Assembly: GCF_000002075.1 (NCBI RefSeq)
Contig: NW_004797536.1
Span: 909,178 to 973,177 of the forward strand
Length of the DNA: 64,000 nucleotides
Origin: Aplysia californica
Lineage: Eukaryota
Direction: 5' to 3'
Positions 48,802 through 61,800 of this stretch are shown piece after piece. Position 1 is the stretch's first letter. Each line of letters opens with the position of its first letter. Made by a program: the position numbers and the translations under genes. The notes under the pieces were generated by a model that had not been told where the DNA came from, did no database searches, and was given only the letters and a program-made list of their open reading frames with translations.

Positions 48802-50507
48802 CTGCCGTCGTAAGGGAAAACGACGAATGGTCAAAATTTTTCGATTTTTGTATTTTTACATATTTCATAGAGTATTTAATTTTGCATCTGATGGTGTAAA
48901 AATTTTAGTCATATCTTAATTCGTTGTTGCGTAATTGAGAGTTCGTCGTTTTCCCTTACACTGGCGAGCTCCGAGCCAGAGCTCAGTGTAAGGGAGAACG
49001 ACGAATGGTCGATCGGTCAAGGATCACTGCTCGTTCGGCGTTGTCCCCTGGTCTCTGCCGTTGGGCAAATTCGGCATGGGCGACGAATGACAATTGGTCA
49101 CTGTTGCGTCAGTACAAACATATTAGGCTTTTTTAGCAAACAAACACACCACCACCCCCTCCCCCGGAGTACCGTCTATGGTTTATAAGAATGTATCTCT
49201 TAGTGTGTCTTTCTGTCTGTCTTCACGTATTAGGCCTATGCTGATGGTGTGAATTGACAAGAGCAGGTGGGAGAGAGGGGAAAACGGATGGGAACAGGGG
49301 GAAAGGGGTGGGGATGGGACGGTCAAAACAGTATTTAGGGATAAATTTATTAGCACTGCATATTAGTGCCCGCCAGATGTTCACAGACTAACGTCATGTT
49401 ACTTTGCTTTCCAGTCATTTGACATCCCAAATCCCAACGATGCTTATAGTGCCGCAATTTGTCCAGCACGTGTCTCTGGTCGACATCATTATAGAATTAC
49501 CAAGCAATTAATGACACTGCGTTATGAGAGTAAATTTCTTTGTCGAACTTAAAAAGTGGAGATATTGTGGCGACACTTAGTCTTGCTTTACGATTTTTTA
49601 TGACTTGATGGACGATACGATCGAGTATAATAATGTCTTGCAGATTCAAACCGTTCCAGTCGAATTTTACTTTGCGGTATGTTTTCCGATCCGATCAACT
49701 GAATCCTTTATTAAATACAAAGCGTCCCATTACCTCTCCCGAAAGCGTGTGTGATACAGTCTTGTCAGATTGTTACATTCTTACTTGAAAGTTTGACTTT
49801 GCAATGATCTGATCGTATTATTGACATTGTAAAATTGTTGATCCCTTAGGTCGTGCAGGGAAACATTTGCAATTAGCGAAAATAAAAGTAAAACTCGCTT
49901 CTGAAGAGAATACAGTAAAGAGATATCATGGAAACCAAACTTTGGTTCCGAATGAGACAGTTTTAAATCAAGCTGCTGAAAATGTGTGCACATCTGATTT
50001 GTACACTGACTGTGTAGTTTAACCAAGCGAGGAAGGGAAACGAAGGACGTTTACCGAGTTACAGTTGGGATATAACAAACACCTAACTTTATACGCATAA
50101 TAGCTAGTTTGTATAAGTCTTATTTTTATTTGTAGTAACCAGTACACAGTCATTACTGTCAATAATGCGTCAAAGCTGACGATCGCCTACGCCCATAAAC
50201 GTTCACGAGTGTAAGGGAGAACGACGAACTGTACCATTCGTCGTTTTCGCGTACATCGCAAGGCTCACCTGTGGGTGCGCAGTGTAAGGGAGAACGACGA
50301 ATGTCGAATAACTTTGCTACTTTTTAACCTAAACCATTCAAACTTTAGAAACTACTTTAGGAACATCTCAATCAGATATCTGGTGAATTACAGCTTAAAA
50401 GAGTGGAAAATAGAAGAGTTATAAAGTGAAACAAGTTTTTGTCTCTCCTGAAAAATTTGCCTCGCTACCTGCGCAGGACCATTCGTCGTTTTCCCTTACG
50501 ACGGCAG
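48802..50507. mobile_element. 1.7-kb non-autonomous DNA transposon, 31-bp perfect TIRs, ATAT target duplication (Sola1-like)
   Basis: ATAT|CTGCCGTCGTAAGGGAAAACGACGAATGGTC ... GACCATTCGTCGTTTTCCCTTACGACGGCAG|ATAT; several subterminal GTAAGGGAGAACGACGAA copies. Confidence 0.9.
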
Positions 50508-51062
50508 ATATATACACAGGACATAACGACAGAAACATATATAGGACTTAGTGACAAGAGACAATCAATGCTACATACTACATATATACAGGACATAATG
50601 ACAGACAGAAACATAGAGGACATAGCGACAAGAGACAATGCTACATACTACATATAGGACATAATGACAGACAGAAACATAGAGGACATAGTAACAAGAG
50701 ACAATCAATGCTACATACTACATATATACAGGACATAATGACAGACAGAAACATAGAGGACATAGTAACAAGAGACAATCAATGCTACTTACACGTACCA
50801 CATATATACAGGACATAAGGAAAAAACATAAGAGGACATAGTGACAAGAGAGAAAATCAATGCTACATACTACATATATACAGGACATAATGACAGAAAC
50901 ATATATAGGACATAGTGACAAGAGACAATCAATGCTACATATATACAGGACATAGTCACAGAAACAGTTGATGCTTCATATATAGGACATATTGACAAGA
51001 GACAGTGGATGCTACAATATAGGACATGTCACAGAGTGACAGACACACAGTCGATGTTATAA
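50508..51062. repeat. ~70-bp tandem repeat, continuous with 48560-48801 across the transposon
   Basis: GGACATAGTGACAAGAGACAATCAATGCTACATACTACATATATACAGGACATAATGACAG.. repeated. Confidence 0.9.
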
Positions 51063-52813
51063 TATGTGAGGCATCATGGTAAAATCAGGCGCTCATCAAA
51101 ATAACAAAATTGGAGAAACAGGCATTTTGCCCACCAGTTTCGCAATTTTAATCTAATTTTTTTGTTTTTTTGTTCAACCTTTTCTGTCCGAATAAAAACA
51201 CATTTCCACGTGAATTATATTGAAAATCGTTGATTAATTTAAAAGCTCAAAATATGTAATGTTTAAATTTTCAAGGACTCTTTAGCTATTGGAAATTATC
51301 AAACTTTGGCGGCCGTTTTCTCGCTATTTACCGCTGAAACCAAGTGAACTTATCTCTTTCAATCACAAATATCTCACTTATGCTCAGGATAGATAAATAT
51401 TTTTATCACCAAGAGCAAGATAAATGAACAAGCTTTAAGATGATACCACAAAAATTGACGAGTGCTTGATTCCACCGCGTTGCGACACATATATAGAACA
51501 TCGTGACAGAGACACAGTCTCATGCTACATGTAGAGACATTTCACAAAGCTACCACATCAGGCAGCTTGACATCAGTTATTCCTTCAACAAACAGAAGCA
51601 ACATTAAAGTTCCCAAAGATATTTGATCTCTTATCATGCTTCGCCTGCAAAATGTGTAAAATCATTTCAAGCTTCATCTTCTGTATTATGCTTTTACTTA
51701 ATTTTTTTTTTTTTATATTCAGAATTTCCCCATTATATCCTGAACTAAGGTCATTCTTGAACACAGAGTGACCATGGAATGTTAGAATTAGAATCTACAC
51801 TATCACTATCATATAACATATTATGGTCTACTGGCTTTCCACAATACAATAAACTTTTTAAAAAAATGTCTGAAACTCAAAAACTCAACATTTCGTTAGA
51901 AAGATCACAATGTACACAGTAAACTCTTGTACAGTCGACAACAAGAAGGATAAACATCTTTTGGCAAGATCTCGCTCAACACAAGCACTAGGAACAAGCA
52001 GGATGTCATGGAATACAACAATGGACAATAAAACTTTCTTGATATGTACAGATCTCAACATCCAGGGTCTCTCTATCGCCATGACAACTGTTTTGGTGTA
52101 GTTCGTTTCCCCTTATGGAATGTGTAGAACAAACACTGACCATTACATCCCTCCCATGTCTACCCATACATTGACATTTGGGTAGAGTGCATATATAAAG
52201 AGAGATGTGTGCCCATATACCGATATGTGGGTATCCTTTTAAAGAGAGATATGTGTCCATATATGGACTTTAGGATATACCTTTAAGGAGAGATATGTGC
52301 CCATGTATGGGCTTGTGGGTACACCTCTTTTGTACCCATGGACATATGGCACACATCTACAACACACCCCAACACCTCCACTGCTCAGATATGCCACTGG
52401 ATGTAAAAATATATGTGTAGTAAAAAAAAACATATTTTCAACAATTACCTTGTGCTTGTAAAACGAATTGCATAATTTTTGTACAGTATATATAATATCA
52501 GTTAATATATCATATGACATGGAATGTTTGGATTACTGATAAGGCGAAAAAATGAAAACAGCAACTATTGCAGCGTTGTAAGAACATTTTCTTTCTTCAC
52601 ACAGATGTAATGCTGGTATCTCAAGTCCACTTGCCCATCAGAGGGTCAAGGTACAGGCTGACCACAGGTTCTCATGTCCACATCTTCTATGTATGAGCTC
52701 TCTGACCACAGCACAGTTCTCCCCACCCCCACCTCCCCCCCCCCCCAAAAAAAAGCCCAAAACAAAACAAAAAAAAAACAAATACAGAGTCGGCAACCAT
52801 AAAGTGTCGACTA

Positions 52814-55800
52814 CTATGAAGAAACAAGCCTCCCCATGTAGAATGAACACTTGCTGCAGTAAGCTTTGCCGGGCTCCATCTCCCTCTTGCGACACAACTG
52901 GCAGGCGAGCTCCTCGCGGGAGAGTGGAGCTTCGTCGCTGTTGCTGCTGTCTTCTACATCGTCGAGGTCATTGTCCGAGAACGAGACTGGCTTGTGACTC
53001 AGCTGATCCTCGTCGTCGCTGTAGTATGCCCGCTCGCTGCTCGAGTTACCGCCCTTGAAAGAAGTCAACTCGGCAGCCGACTCGTAACCTGCGGCTAAAC
53101 TAGAAATGTCTTCGGCAAATGTTACGGATTTCCGAGGGCGAGAGCTGCCAGATTTCGCTTTCTTGTTCTTGAGAACAGACTTGGGTTTTTTGCTGCCAGA
53201 CTCCGACTTGCTCCTGGTTCGAGTTACACCAGAGCCTGGCTTGGGCTTCACCTGCGGTTTTTCTACACTCCGGTCAAACCGAGAAGCCAGAGCCCTCACG
53301 TTGGGTTTGAACGTTTCAGCTTCCGTGCCACCTGTAGCGGGGTTAGAGGTCGCTGCCAGGGACTGACCTTGGGTGTGTGCAACGCTAGAAGTCAGAAGCG
53401 ATCTCCCATTTGTACCAGAGGCAGGATTCTTGTCCTGGTGAAAAGAAAAAAAACATAGGTCAGAAGTCGTGCCTCAGAACCATGAACACAAGTCCAGAAA
53501 TATGTCGCACTCAGTTGCTGGAGGTGTCAAATGACAAAGTTTTGTCCGAAAAATTTAACAACTTGTACATGTAGCCTACCCTGCATCTCCTTGGCACCAG
53601 ACCACAAAGATAATATGACATCAACTGTATCTTTACTTAACACAACTTCAATGCCTTTAATTGATTTTTTTCTTCTTTCAAATTCGTAACGTCAAATTAA
53701 ATTTCAAATAACTGCGAGCTTCTTTTTAAACAATACATCAATTATTATGCAATAAGCTTACAGTGGAGAAATATTTTTACTTAATTTTTATAGCGATAAA
53801 ACTAGCGGAGAAAGTGACCAGAGCAACTACGCAATTGTTTTCTGTGGTATAGGTTAAATTATGAATCGATGAATCAACTCATGTTACAACAGGCGGTATT
53901 TTGACAAACGTCATGATGTGTCCTCCAAAGACGACGAATGATCACTGGAAACCTCCGATAGGAGCCCTGGCGTTCAGTATATTTGTACAGAATCACACTG
54001 GTCTCTCTATACTGGCCATTTCCTCTTTTTCAAAAAATTCTCAGGAATGTGAATATTAAGCTATTGGCTTAATTTTTGGCTCAGATTATGGTACATTTCC
54101 CCTATTTGTGGTACTACTTTAAATTTTACTAAGTTATTTGTGAAACTTTTCTTTCCACCAAACTTCTAAACTATTTTTCAGTTTCGGAAAATATTTCATG
54201 CTCACTAGCACCAAAAATGAATTGTTATAACACCAAAAAACATGAAAACTAAGGAATCTGAAAGGTAAATCTGAGATAAATGTATTCATCTAAATCTACT
54301 AAATGCAATGAAATGTGTTGCAGCAGTTCTAGCGCAATATATATGTGTTAGTTCTAAGGCAGCAATAATAAATTGTGTTAGTGTTAGCTTATACAAATGC
54401 AGTATACACAAAAACCAGGAACAGAACAGTATATTGTTGGCCAGCTGTTCAGATCATGTACTATAAGCCCAAAATTTTGATTTTTTTAGAATTGCAGTTT
54501 ATTTCTTTATGTGGTATCAGTTGCATGTTCTTGAGAAATATTTAGTCGAAATTCAAATCTCAAACGTTTTTTAAAATAAAGCCAGAAAAGGTACGTCATT
54601 TAAGTAGGACAGTTTTAAACACAATGAATTTTTTTTTCCTCCTTCCTGAAAAATTTTCCTTTCTACTTTCTGGGCTTAAAACAGCAGAACAGTTTACCAA
54701 TGAAAAGAAAAGCTGCCTGAATTTGTTAGTTAGTTGCATGCTTTTAGAAGTGATAAATATGAGTCAAGAAGATAAAACCAATAGAGAATATTGGCTGTGT
54801 GAGTACATGTATTTGTATCTTATTGTAGATTGTATGTTTCTAAATTAAGTCCTGAGGTTTCATGAATTAGAAATATTGAAACCAAGAAAGAAACCAGCAA
54901 GATGTGCCCATCTAGCAATATATACGTCTACTATGTGTGTGTGCACACACAATGAACTATGCAAAAAGACAAGAGACAACAGTGAGGTCTATAAATGCTC
55001 AAAACGTGGCAAACTCTTCTCAGTGAGAATTGGTCTCATTTGGCTAGAGCAGAAGCCACCACAAGTCATCGTCATCCTTATAATTTCATCTATTTCTCTT
55101 TATGAAATTATATATTCTCCTCTCCAGATACATTGGTCATCGTCAGATATGCATGACAAAGACTTATTATCATAATTAATAATTATAATTATTATTATTG
55201 TTGTATAATTTGTTAGTGTTAGTTATAGTAAAAAGATTTTGATGCCAGAAAGATAAGAAATGTGCTTACAGAAGGTGTCAGAGGGACAGGACCTAACAAT
55301 AGAAAGCCAAACACAACGACCATTACTCAGTGATCTATCCAGGGAATGACATAAGTGAGGTGATGACGGATAACCACCTCAGCATCTACGTGGTTTGGGC
55401 AAATAATCACAGTTCTAAGACATAATTATTCTGAGAGTGAGACCTAGTCTTCAACATTACTTAAAACATTACAAGAAAACACAATGCAGATACATGTGTA
55501 CGACAAGAGGTTTATGACACAAATAATGTGCAGTCTAATACTAATTTATAGACCTATATTTATATAAAGAGAGAGAGAGATTATTATACATACACGAATA
55601 TACAACATGTATGTATATTATATAACTTCAACCGACAACAGCAATCTGTAAGCAAGCTATGACAAGCTACACATTTCATACGTAAATAGACAATATGTAT
55701 ACGTATATACAAGATATACGTGTACATATATATGGCTATCCTCAACCGCCATTCCTCAATCTCGCAAGTCAATTTAAGGGGATTCTCTGACAAAGCCATT

Positions 55801-58800
55801 ATTCGATCCCATTGATGACATTAGAGAGCATCGTGTTGTAAAGTTTCATATTGTTTCATTATTTTCTTCCCGGCTTTTATTGAAAAAATAAGAGTTATAT
55901 AGATCTAAATCTAATTCTGATTGTGGTGATTATTTTTCCCCAAATTTTCTCAAAATTATAAACTGACATAGGCGACTGTGGAATGCCATTGGCGATATCT
56001 ACATCTACTACTATGTGTGCACACATAATAAATGAGCTGTGCTATAAGATAAAAGACAACAGTGAGGTCTGGTCATATACTTACTTGTGGACAATTATTG
56101 TTACTACTGGAGTGGATGCTGGTAGCATAGGAGGGGGAGGAAAGGCCTACATCTGCAGAAACAGAGCCATAGGAGGTGAAGATTAGCTCTACAGCAAACA
56201 CACACACACGCACATTAACGCACACAGACACACACACACAGGCTGTCAACAAGAATATATGAGTGCCAAAATCCCAAGTGAACAATGTTGTTGCTATCTC
56301 CAGGGGAGATGTGTCCAGTGTTAGCTACACTGTCCGCCCGCGTTCTTCTGTTAATTGTGTGCAGGTGTGGACTTCGAAGTGATGGGTAAGGGCTGGGAGA
56401 CTTGGGGACAAAGATACTTATCTATCGTGTGGGTAAAGTGATTTTTGTATTACTTTCTAAATTTGGTACGGGCCAAGTGATTCTAGTGCTTGTATCATTA
56501 CTTCTACAATATAAGGGCAAAGTGATTCTAGTGCTTGTATCATTACTTCTACAATTTAAGGGCAAAGTGATTCTAGTGCTTGTATCATTACTTCTACAAT
56601 TTAAGGGCAAAGTGATTCTAGTGCTTGTATCATTACTTCTACAATTTAAGGGCAAAGTGATTCTAGTGCTTGTATCATTACTTCTACAATTTAAGGGCCA
56701 AGTGATTCTAGTGCCTGTATCATTACTTCTACAATTTAAGGGTAAAGTGATACAAAGTATCACTACTTATATATATTGGCAAAGGGATAAATTATTATTA
56801 ATTTCCAGGGTTGAGGGCACAGTGATACTACCAAGATACTTATAGTTGAAGAGATACATCAATATCGAGCTCCAGAAGGGCCGCTTTTACAGTTACTTCA
56901 AATATTCAGATTTTGTTGAACGAATTATGTTTGATGTTAAGAGTTTTGACTTAACACTTTGAGTTGTAGATATGAAATAGAGTTACTGACCACGAACCCC
57001 TCACATCGAGAGGGAGACTGGGGTGAGGGGGGTTACGGGGGATGGGGGTGTGTGTTAGAGAGAAGGCAGCCAAATGCAAAATTAGAAGACAGGAATCATT
57101 AGATACTTTGAGTGAGGAAAGCAAAACTCCTCAAGCCTCAAGTGGAGAAAAGCGTATGTAGCATTCTATGGAGGAGCACCCTCAGTCATTATAATATGTT
57201 TACAATTCACTCTCTGCAGTGTATAGTTTATCAACTATCAAGTCCTTCTGACTTCTGGATTATCTTTCTCAAAGGCAATGAGTAAAGAAATAGCAGAAGC
57301 TATACTGTTTCTCTTACAAAATGGACCCGACAATTTCTCCCCTCCATAAATTAGATCTCGCATTCCCCACATTAAGTCAAAAGAAATCTCGTATTCCCCA
57401 CATTGATTAAGTCAAAAGAAATCTCGCATTCCCCAAATTGATTAAGTCAAAAGAAATCTAGCATCCCCCAATTGATTAAGTCAGAAGAAATCTAACATCC
57501 TCAAATTGATTAAGTCAGAAGAAATCTAACATCCCCAAATTGATTAAGTCAGAAGAAATCTAGCATCCCCAAATTGATTAAGTCAAAAGAAATCTAGCAT
57601 CCCCAAATTGATTAAGTCAAAAGAAATCTAGCATCCCCAAATTGATTAAGTCAGAAGAAATCTAACATCCCCAAATTGATTAAGTCAGAAGAAATCTAGC
57701 ATCCCCAAATTGATTAAGTCAGAAGAAATCTAGCATCCCCCAATTGATTAAGTAAAAAGAAATCTAGCATCCCCCTATTGATTAAATCAGAGGAGATCTA
57801 ACATCCCAGTAATCATTAAGTCAGTGCCGTACCTGTCTGGGTGGTGTAGGAGTTAACATCAACCAAGTTCTGACAGTCGGGCTGGGAGGAGTATCTCTCA
57901 AGCGGTCTGGGAGTGAGGGACAACTGGTTGAGTCCCGTGCTGCTACTGGCGTGTTTGAGCTGCGACCCAGGCACTGCATCTGAGGCGAAGGTCGGGGGTC
58001 GCTGCTGGTAGGCATAATGGGAGGCAGGCTGCGCAGGGGACTCGAAACATGAGGCTGGTCGAGATGGTACAGAATGAGAGTGGGAAGCTGATCGGTCGAG
58101 ATGGCTATTGGGTTCTACCCGAGCTACAGTCGGTCCCTTCATTTGCCCTCGTGGACCAAGCTCAGGACCTGGGCCGTGAGAAAGATTCCGCTGGTACGAC
58201 TGACCAGCGCTGTGACCTTGCTGCATGGCACTGTGACCTTGCTGCGGCTGAGGCATATGTGGAGGGGGCAGCTGCTGCCTGAAGTCAGGGTTTGAGGTGG
58301 TGCGGACCGGCGGGGGTGGGGGAGGAGTCCGCCCAAGATTTGTCTTTTTCTGAGGGCTCGAGGCTCCCAGATTGAGATTCTGAACACCGTTGTCTACTTG
58401 TTGCACACCGCTGGGCGGTCCGCCATAACCCCCACCGGGCGGTCCTGGCACCTGATTTGTAGGCTGGTAGCTGGGGGGTGAGGCAGTGTGGGGACCACCT
58501 CGAGGGCCAACAGGAAGTGCACCGGCCTGTGGACCCTGATGGTTGGAGTTTGAGCCCGTGCTGGCGTGAGATGCTGCGACGCCTCTGTGACCTGGCAAGG
58601 GCTGACTGTAGCCGGAGACAGACATGGGGTTCGGAGCAGGCTTTGACGGGTATGTGGGGGGGTAGGCCGACTTGGAGGGGTGCTGCTGTGGGTACACCGG
58701 ACCACTGGGAGAAGGGTGTTGTTTGTTTTGCTGAGACAGGTTGGAAGGTTTGACTGCAGGGGAGTTGGTCAAGTGAGCTGACAATGGTCGGTTTGAGGGG

Positions 58801-61800
58801 GTCATTTGTGTGTGATGACCACCGGCCATACGTGGGGGATTTGACTTTTCCGGTGTGTTTGACCCGCTTCCGGGTACCAGCTGACCTTTGTTGTACACTG
58901 GGCCACGGTGCACTGGCTGGGACTGGCCCATGGGTCCGGCTGATGACCGCTGGTCAAGCCCGGGCTGAGACATTTGGTCAGAGGGTTGTTGAGACTGGCC
59001 TGCGTGGACATCGAAGCGGTGCATGGGGGTACTCCCCGGCCCGTCTAGACTGTTTCGCTGCCCATTCGGCCCTCGCTCCCCACCGTCCTGCCTCAGGGTT
59101 TGACCGCCCACAAATTGCTGTTTCTGTCTCTGGACTACGCCACTCTCCAGCATCTCTCGTATCTCTGTGTTATTCGTTTTCTTCTGTCCGTTCCCGTCAC
59201 AACTGCTGCTGTCCGATTCACGACTGTCTGAGCTACTTCCTGTCAGCTGCAGGTTTTTCTGCCTGTTGAGGTACATCTGGTACACCTCCGAGTTGCCAGT
59301 TGGGTCCGATGTCCTTCGCGGCTTCCTGTTCCGGGGCAGAGTTCCGTAAGCGTCGAGGGGCATGTGGACATGGTGGGGTTGACTACTAACAGAACTTGCC
59401 ACTGGCCGGGTCGTGGACTGAGGCTGAGACAGAGAGCATGGGGTGGAAGCTGAGGACCTCATAGAGCTGTTGCTAGACGACCGAGCGTGGACAACTTCCC
59501 CCTCGGCCGACGCCGACCTTGACATGTGGGAGGAAGCTGGTTGCGCTTCTCCGGGTCTTTGAGGGACACCAGACATTGGCTGTGTGGAGACTGCAGGGGA
59601 GGGGGAGGGGTACCGCTGCGGTCCACACTGGCCGGTTTTCTGCTGAGCAGACATCGCAAGCGGCTGGGCCAATGGAGATTTCCTGTGACCACTCATAGAC
59701 TCTTGTTGCTGGTGGCGACCAGTGGACACTTGACCACCAGACGCTGGCATTTGTTGACTGGTCAAGGATGCTTGCTGTTGCTGAGGTCCAGGTCTTGTCA
59801 GGGTCCTCCCTGCGGCCAGCAGACGGTCCTTGGAGGTGACACGGCGCACGGGCTTGTCGCTGTTGTCCGAGTCTGTGCTGGTGATGCTGGACCTGAAAAA
59901 CACATGTACACTCAGTTAGGAAATGTCTGGACCTGACGCACGCACGCACAAAAACACACATACACGCGAGCACACACATACACAGTCATCAAATATCAGA
60001 ACTTAACACACACAGTCAACAAAAGTCAAGTCAGAACATTACATAGACATGTGAACACATAGAGTTGTTTTTTAAAACATGACACAGACTGTAAACACAT
60101 GTACACACACACACACAGTCGACACTTTGCACGACACTACCACAGGAATAAACTACGAAACTCTTTGTATTTCACTGGTGTCAGATCTCATTTTACCACA
60201 CAACAAAGTCACGTACGCACAGCAGATTAGAAGTGTTAAAAGAGAGTAACAAACACCCAAAAAAAAAGGAGAAACAACGATGATAGACGTTTTATAGACA
60301 AGAAAGAGCAAATCACATCAGAGCGCCCGCCAACCACCCACAAGGAGTCCTTAAACCCTTCCCACGAGGACACAGTGAAACAGACTGTCGACCTACCGCT
60401 TGCCGCTGTGAATGCTGCCATCAGATGAACCATGACCCGAGGTTCGCTTGAACAAACTGCGAGACTTGAGTAGGCAAGAGTTGTGCTTCTTCTGAGCGTA
60501 GACTTGAGCCTTGTTGGAAATCTCTGTCTGATTCATGGCCTCCTTCAGGCAGCCTGCACAAAGGGAACAAACATGAAAACACTCTTGAGAAATTACAATA
60601 TTGCTGTGCTTAAAGTTAAAGTTTGCTGGAAAACATTACTGACCCAGGACAACTTGTTCTTGAAGTTTGCAAGAAATGTTGTGACATTGGAAGCTGTCTT
60701 ACTCTGCATCACATTAAAATATACCTTCCACCTCCAAACATTTTGCTACAGGGCCTACTTCACAACTGTTCAGATTTTGACAATGCAACACTAAGGGGAG
60801 AATTGTTAAGCTCACACCATATAACTTATTACTTCCTGGGCCCTGTAACTTTTAAGTATATTATCAGAACATTTCTTTTGTACCCGGCCATAGACAGCGT
60901 AAGATCTTGTCAGTAGTACGCAAGTGTTTCAGCGCTTGAGAGTGACAGCTTGCACTGTATGCTTTCCAGGAAGTTGAGAGTATTTCAGAGTGCTATCAAG
61001 TCTGCTGGGCCAGGTAATAATATATATATTGTAAAGAAAAGCACATAGAGGCTTGCTTTTGAGCAGGGACTTGTGCTATACAAATGGTATTTATTTATCA
61101 TTATTTTTGCTCACTGGCCTCTTCCTCTCAGCTAATGCTACACTTTGACTGCTGCTTATGCTTTTTAAAAGTGTATGAGAAAAATCTCCACGAGCGTTGA
61201 AATGACAAACTGCGTCAGAGAATAAAGTGAGACTACTCACCAAGCGCACTATCGCAGTAGCATAAAGCGGCATGAAGGTCTTCCTGTGTCTCAGCCAAGA
61301 TGCAGTTGTCCATCAGTTCATCAGCCTTCTCACACATAGATACGAAATAGTCGTTCTCAACTTCTGAAAAACACACAAAAATAAACATTTGATGAGAAAG
61401 CCATCCACAAACAAACACAAACACATCCTCGGAAAGTCACAAAAAAAGAACATTTGATTAGAAAGTCCCATAAAGAAAAACACAAACATAATTAGATAAG
61501 AAAATCCTACAGTCAGTGAGAGAAAAACAAACACTGAAATTAAACTATACAAAAATAAAGACTGGTCAAAACTACATTAGGAGAGACCACTTGGAAAGTT
61601 TTAAAGTCTAATATATTTCTCTCCAAAACCAAGAAGAAAAAAATACTGTTATCTCTGCCACATTAAATGAACAAAGTAATACGGAACAGTTCTCACCATC
61701 TTTATCCAAACTGTCAATTGATGGTTCTTTATGGTGGGACGACTTCGAAACTTGGAAGGCTGCAAAATCTGGAGGACAAAGGGAGGGAGGTTTATAAGAC

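Noticed and set aside
56402-56845. Repetitive hydrophobic ORFs on both strands
   Set aside because: 45-bp intronic minisatellite that happens to be stop-free.
57345-57808. CRISPR-like periodicity
   Set aside because: Head-to-tail repeats without unique spacers, eukaryotic intron.
58049-59979. Multiple overlapping ORFs over the large USP exon
   Set aside because: Shadow frames of a GC-rich low-complexity exon.
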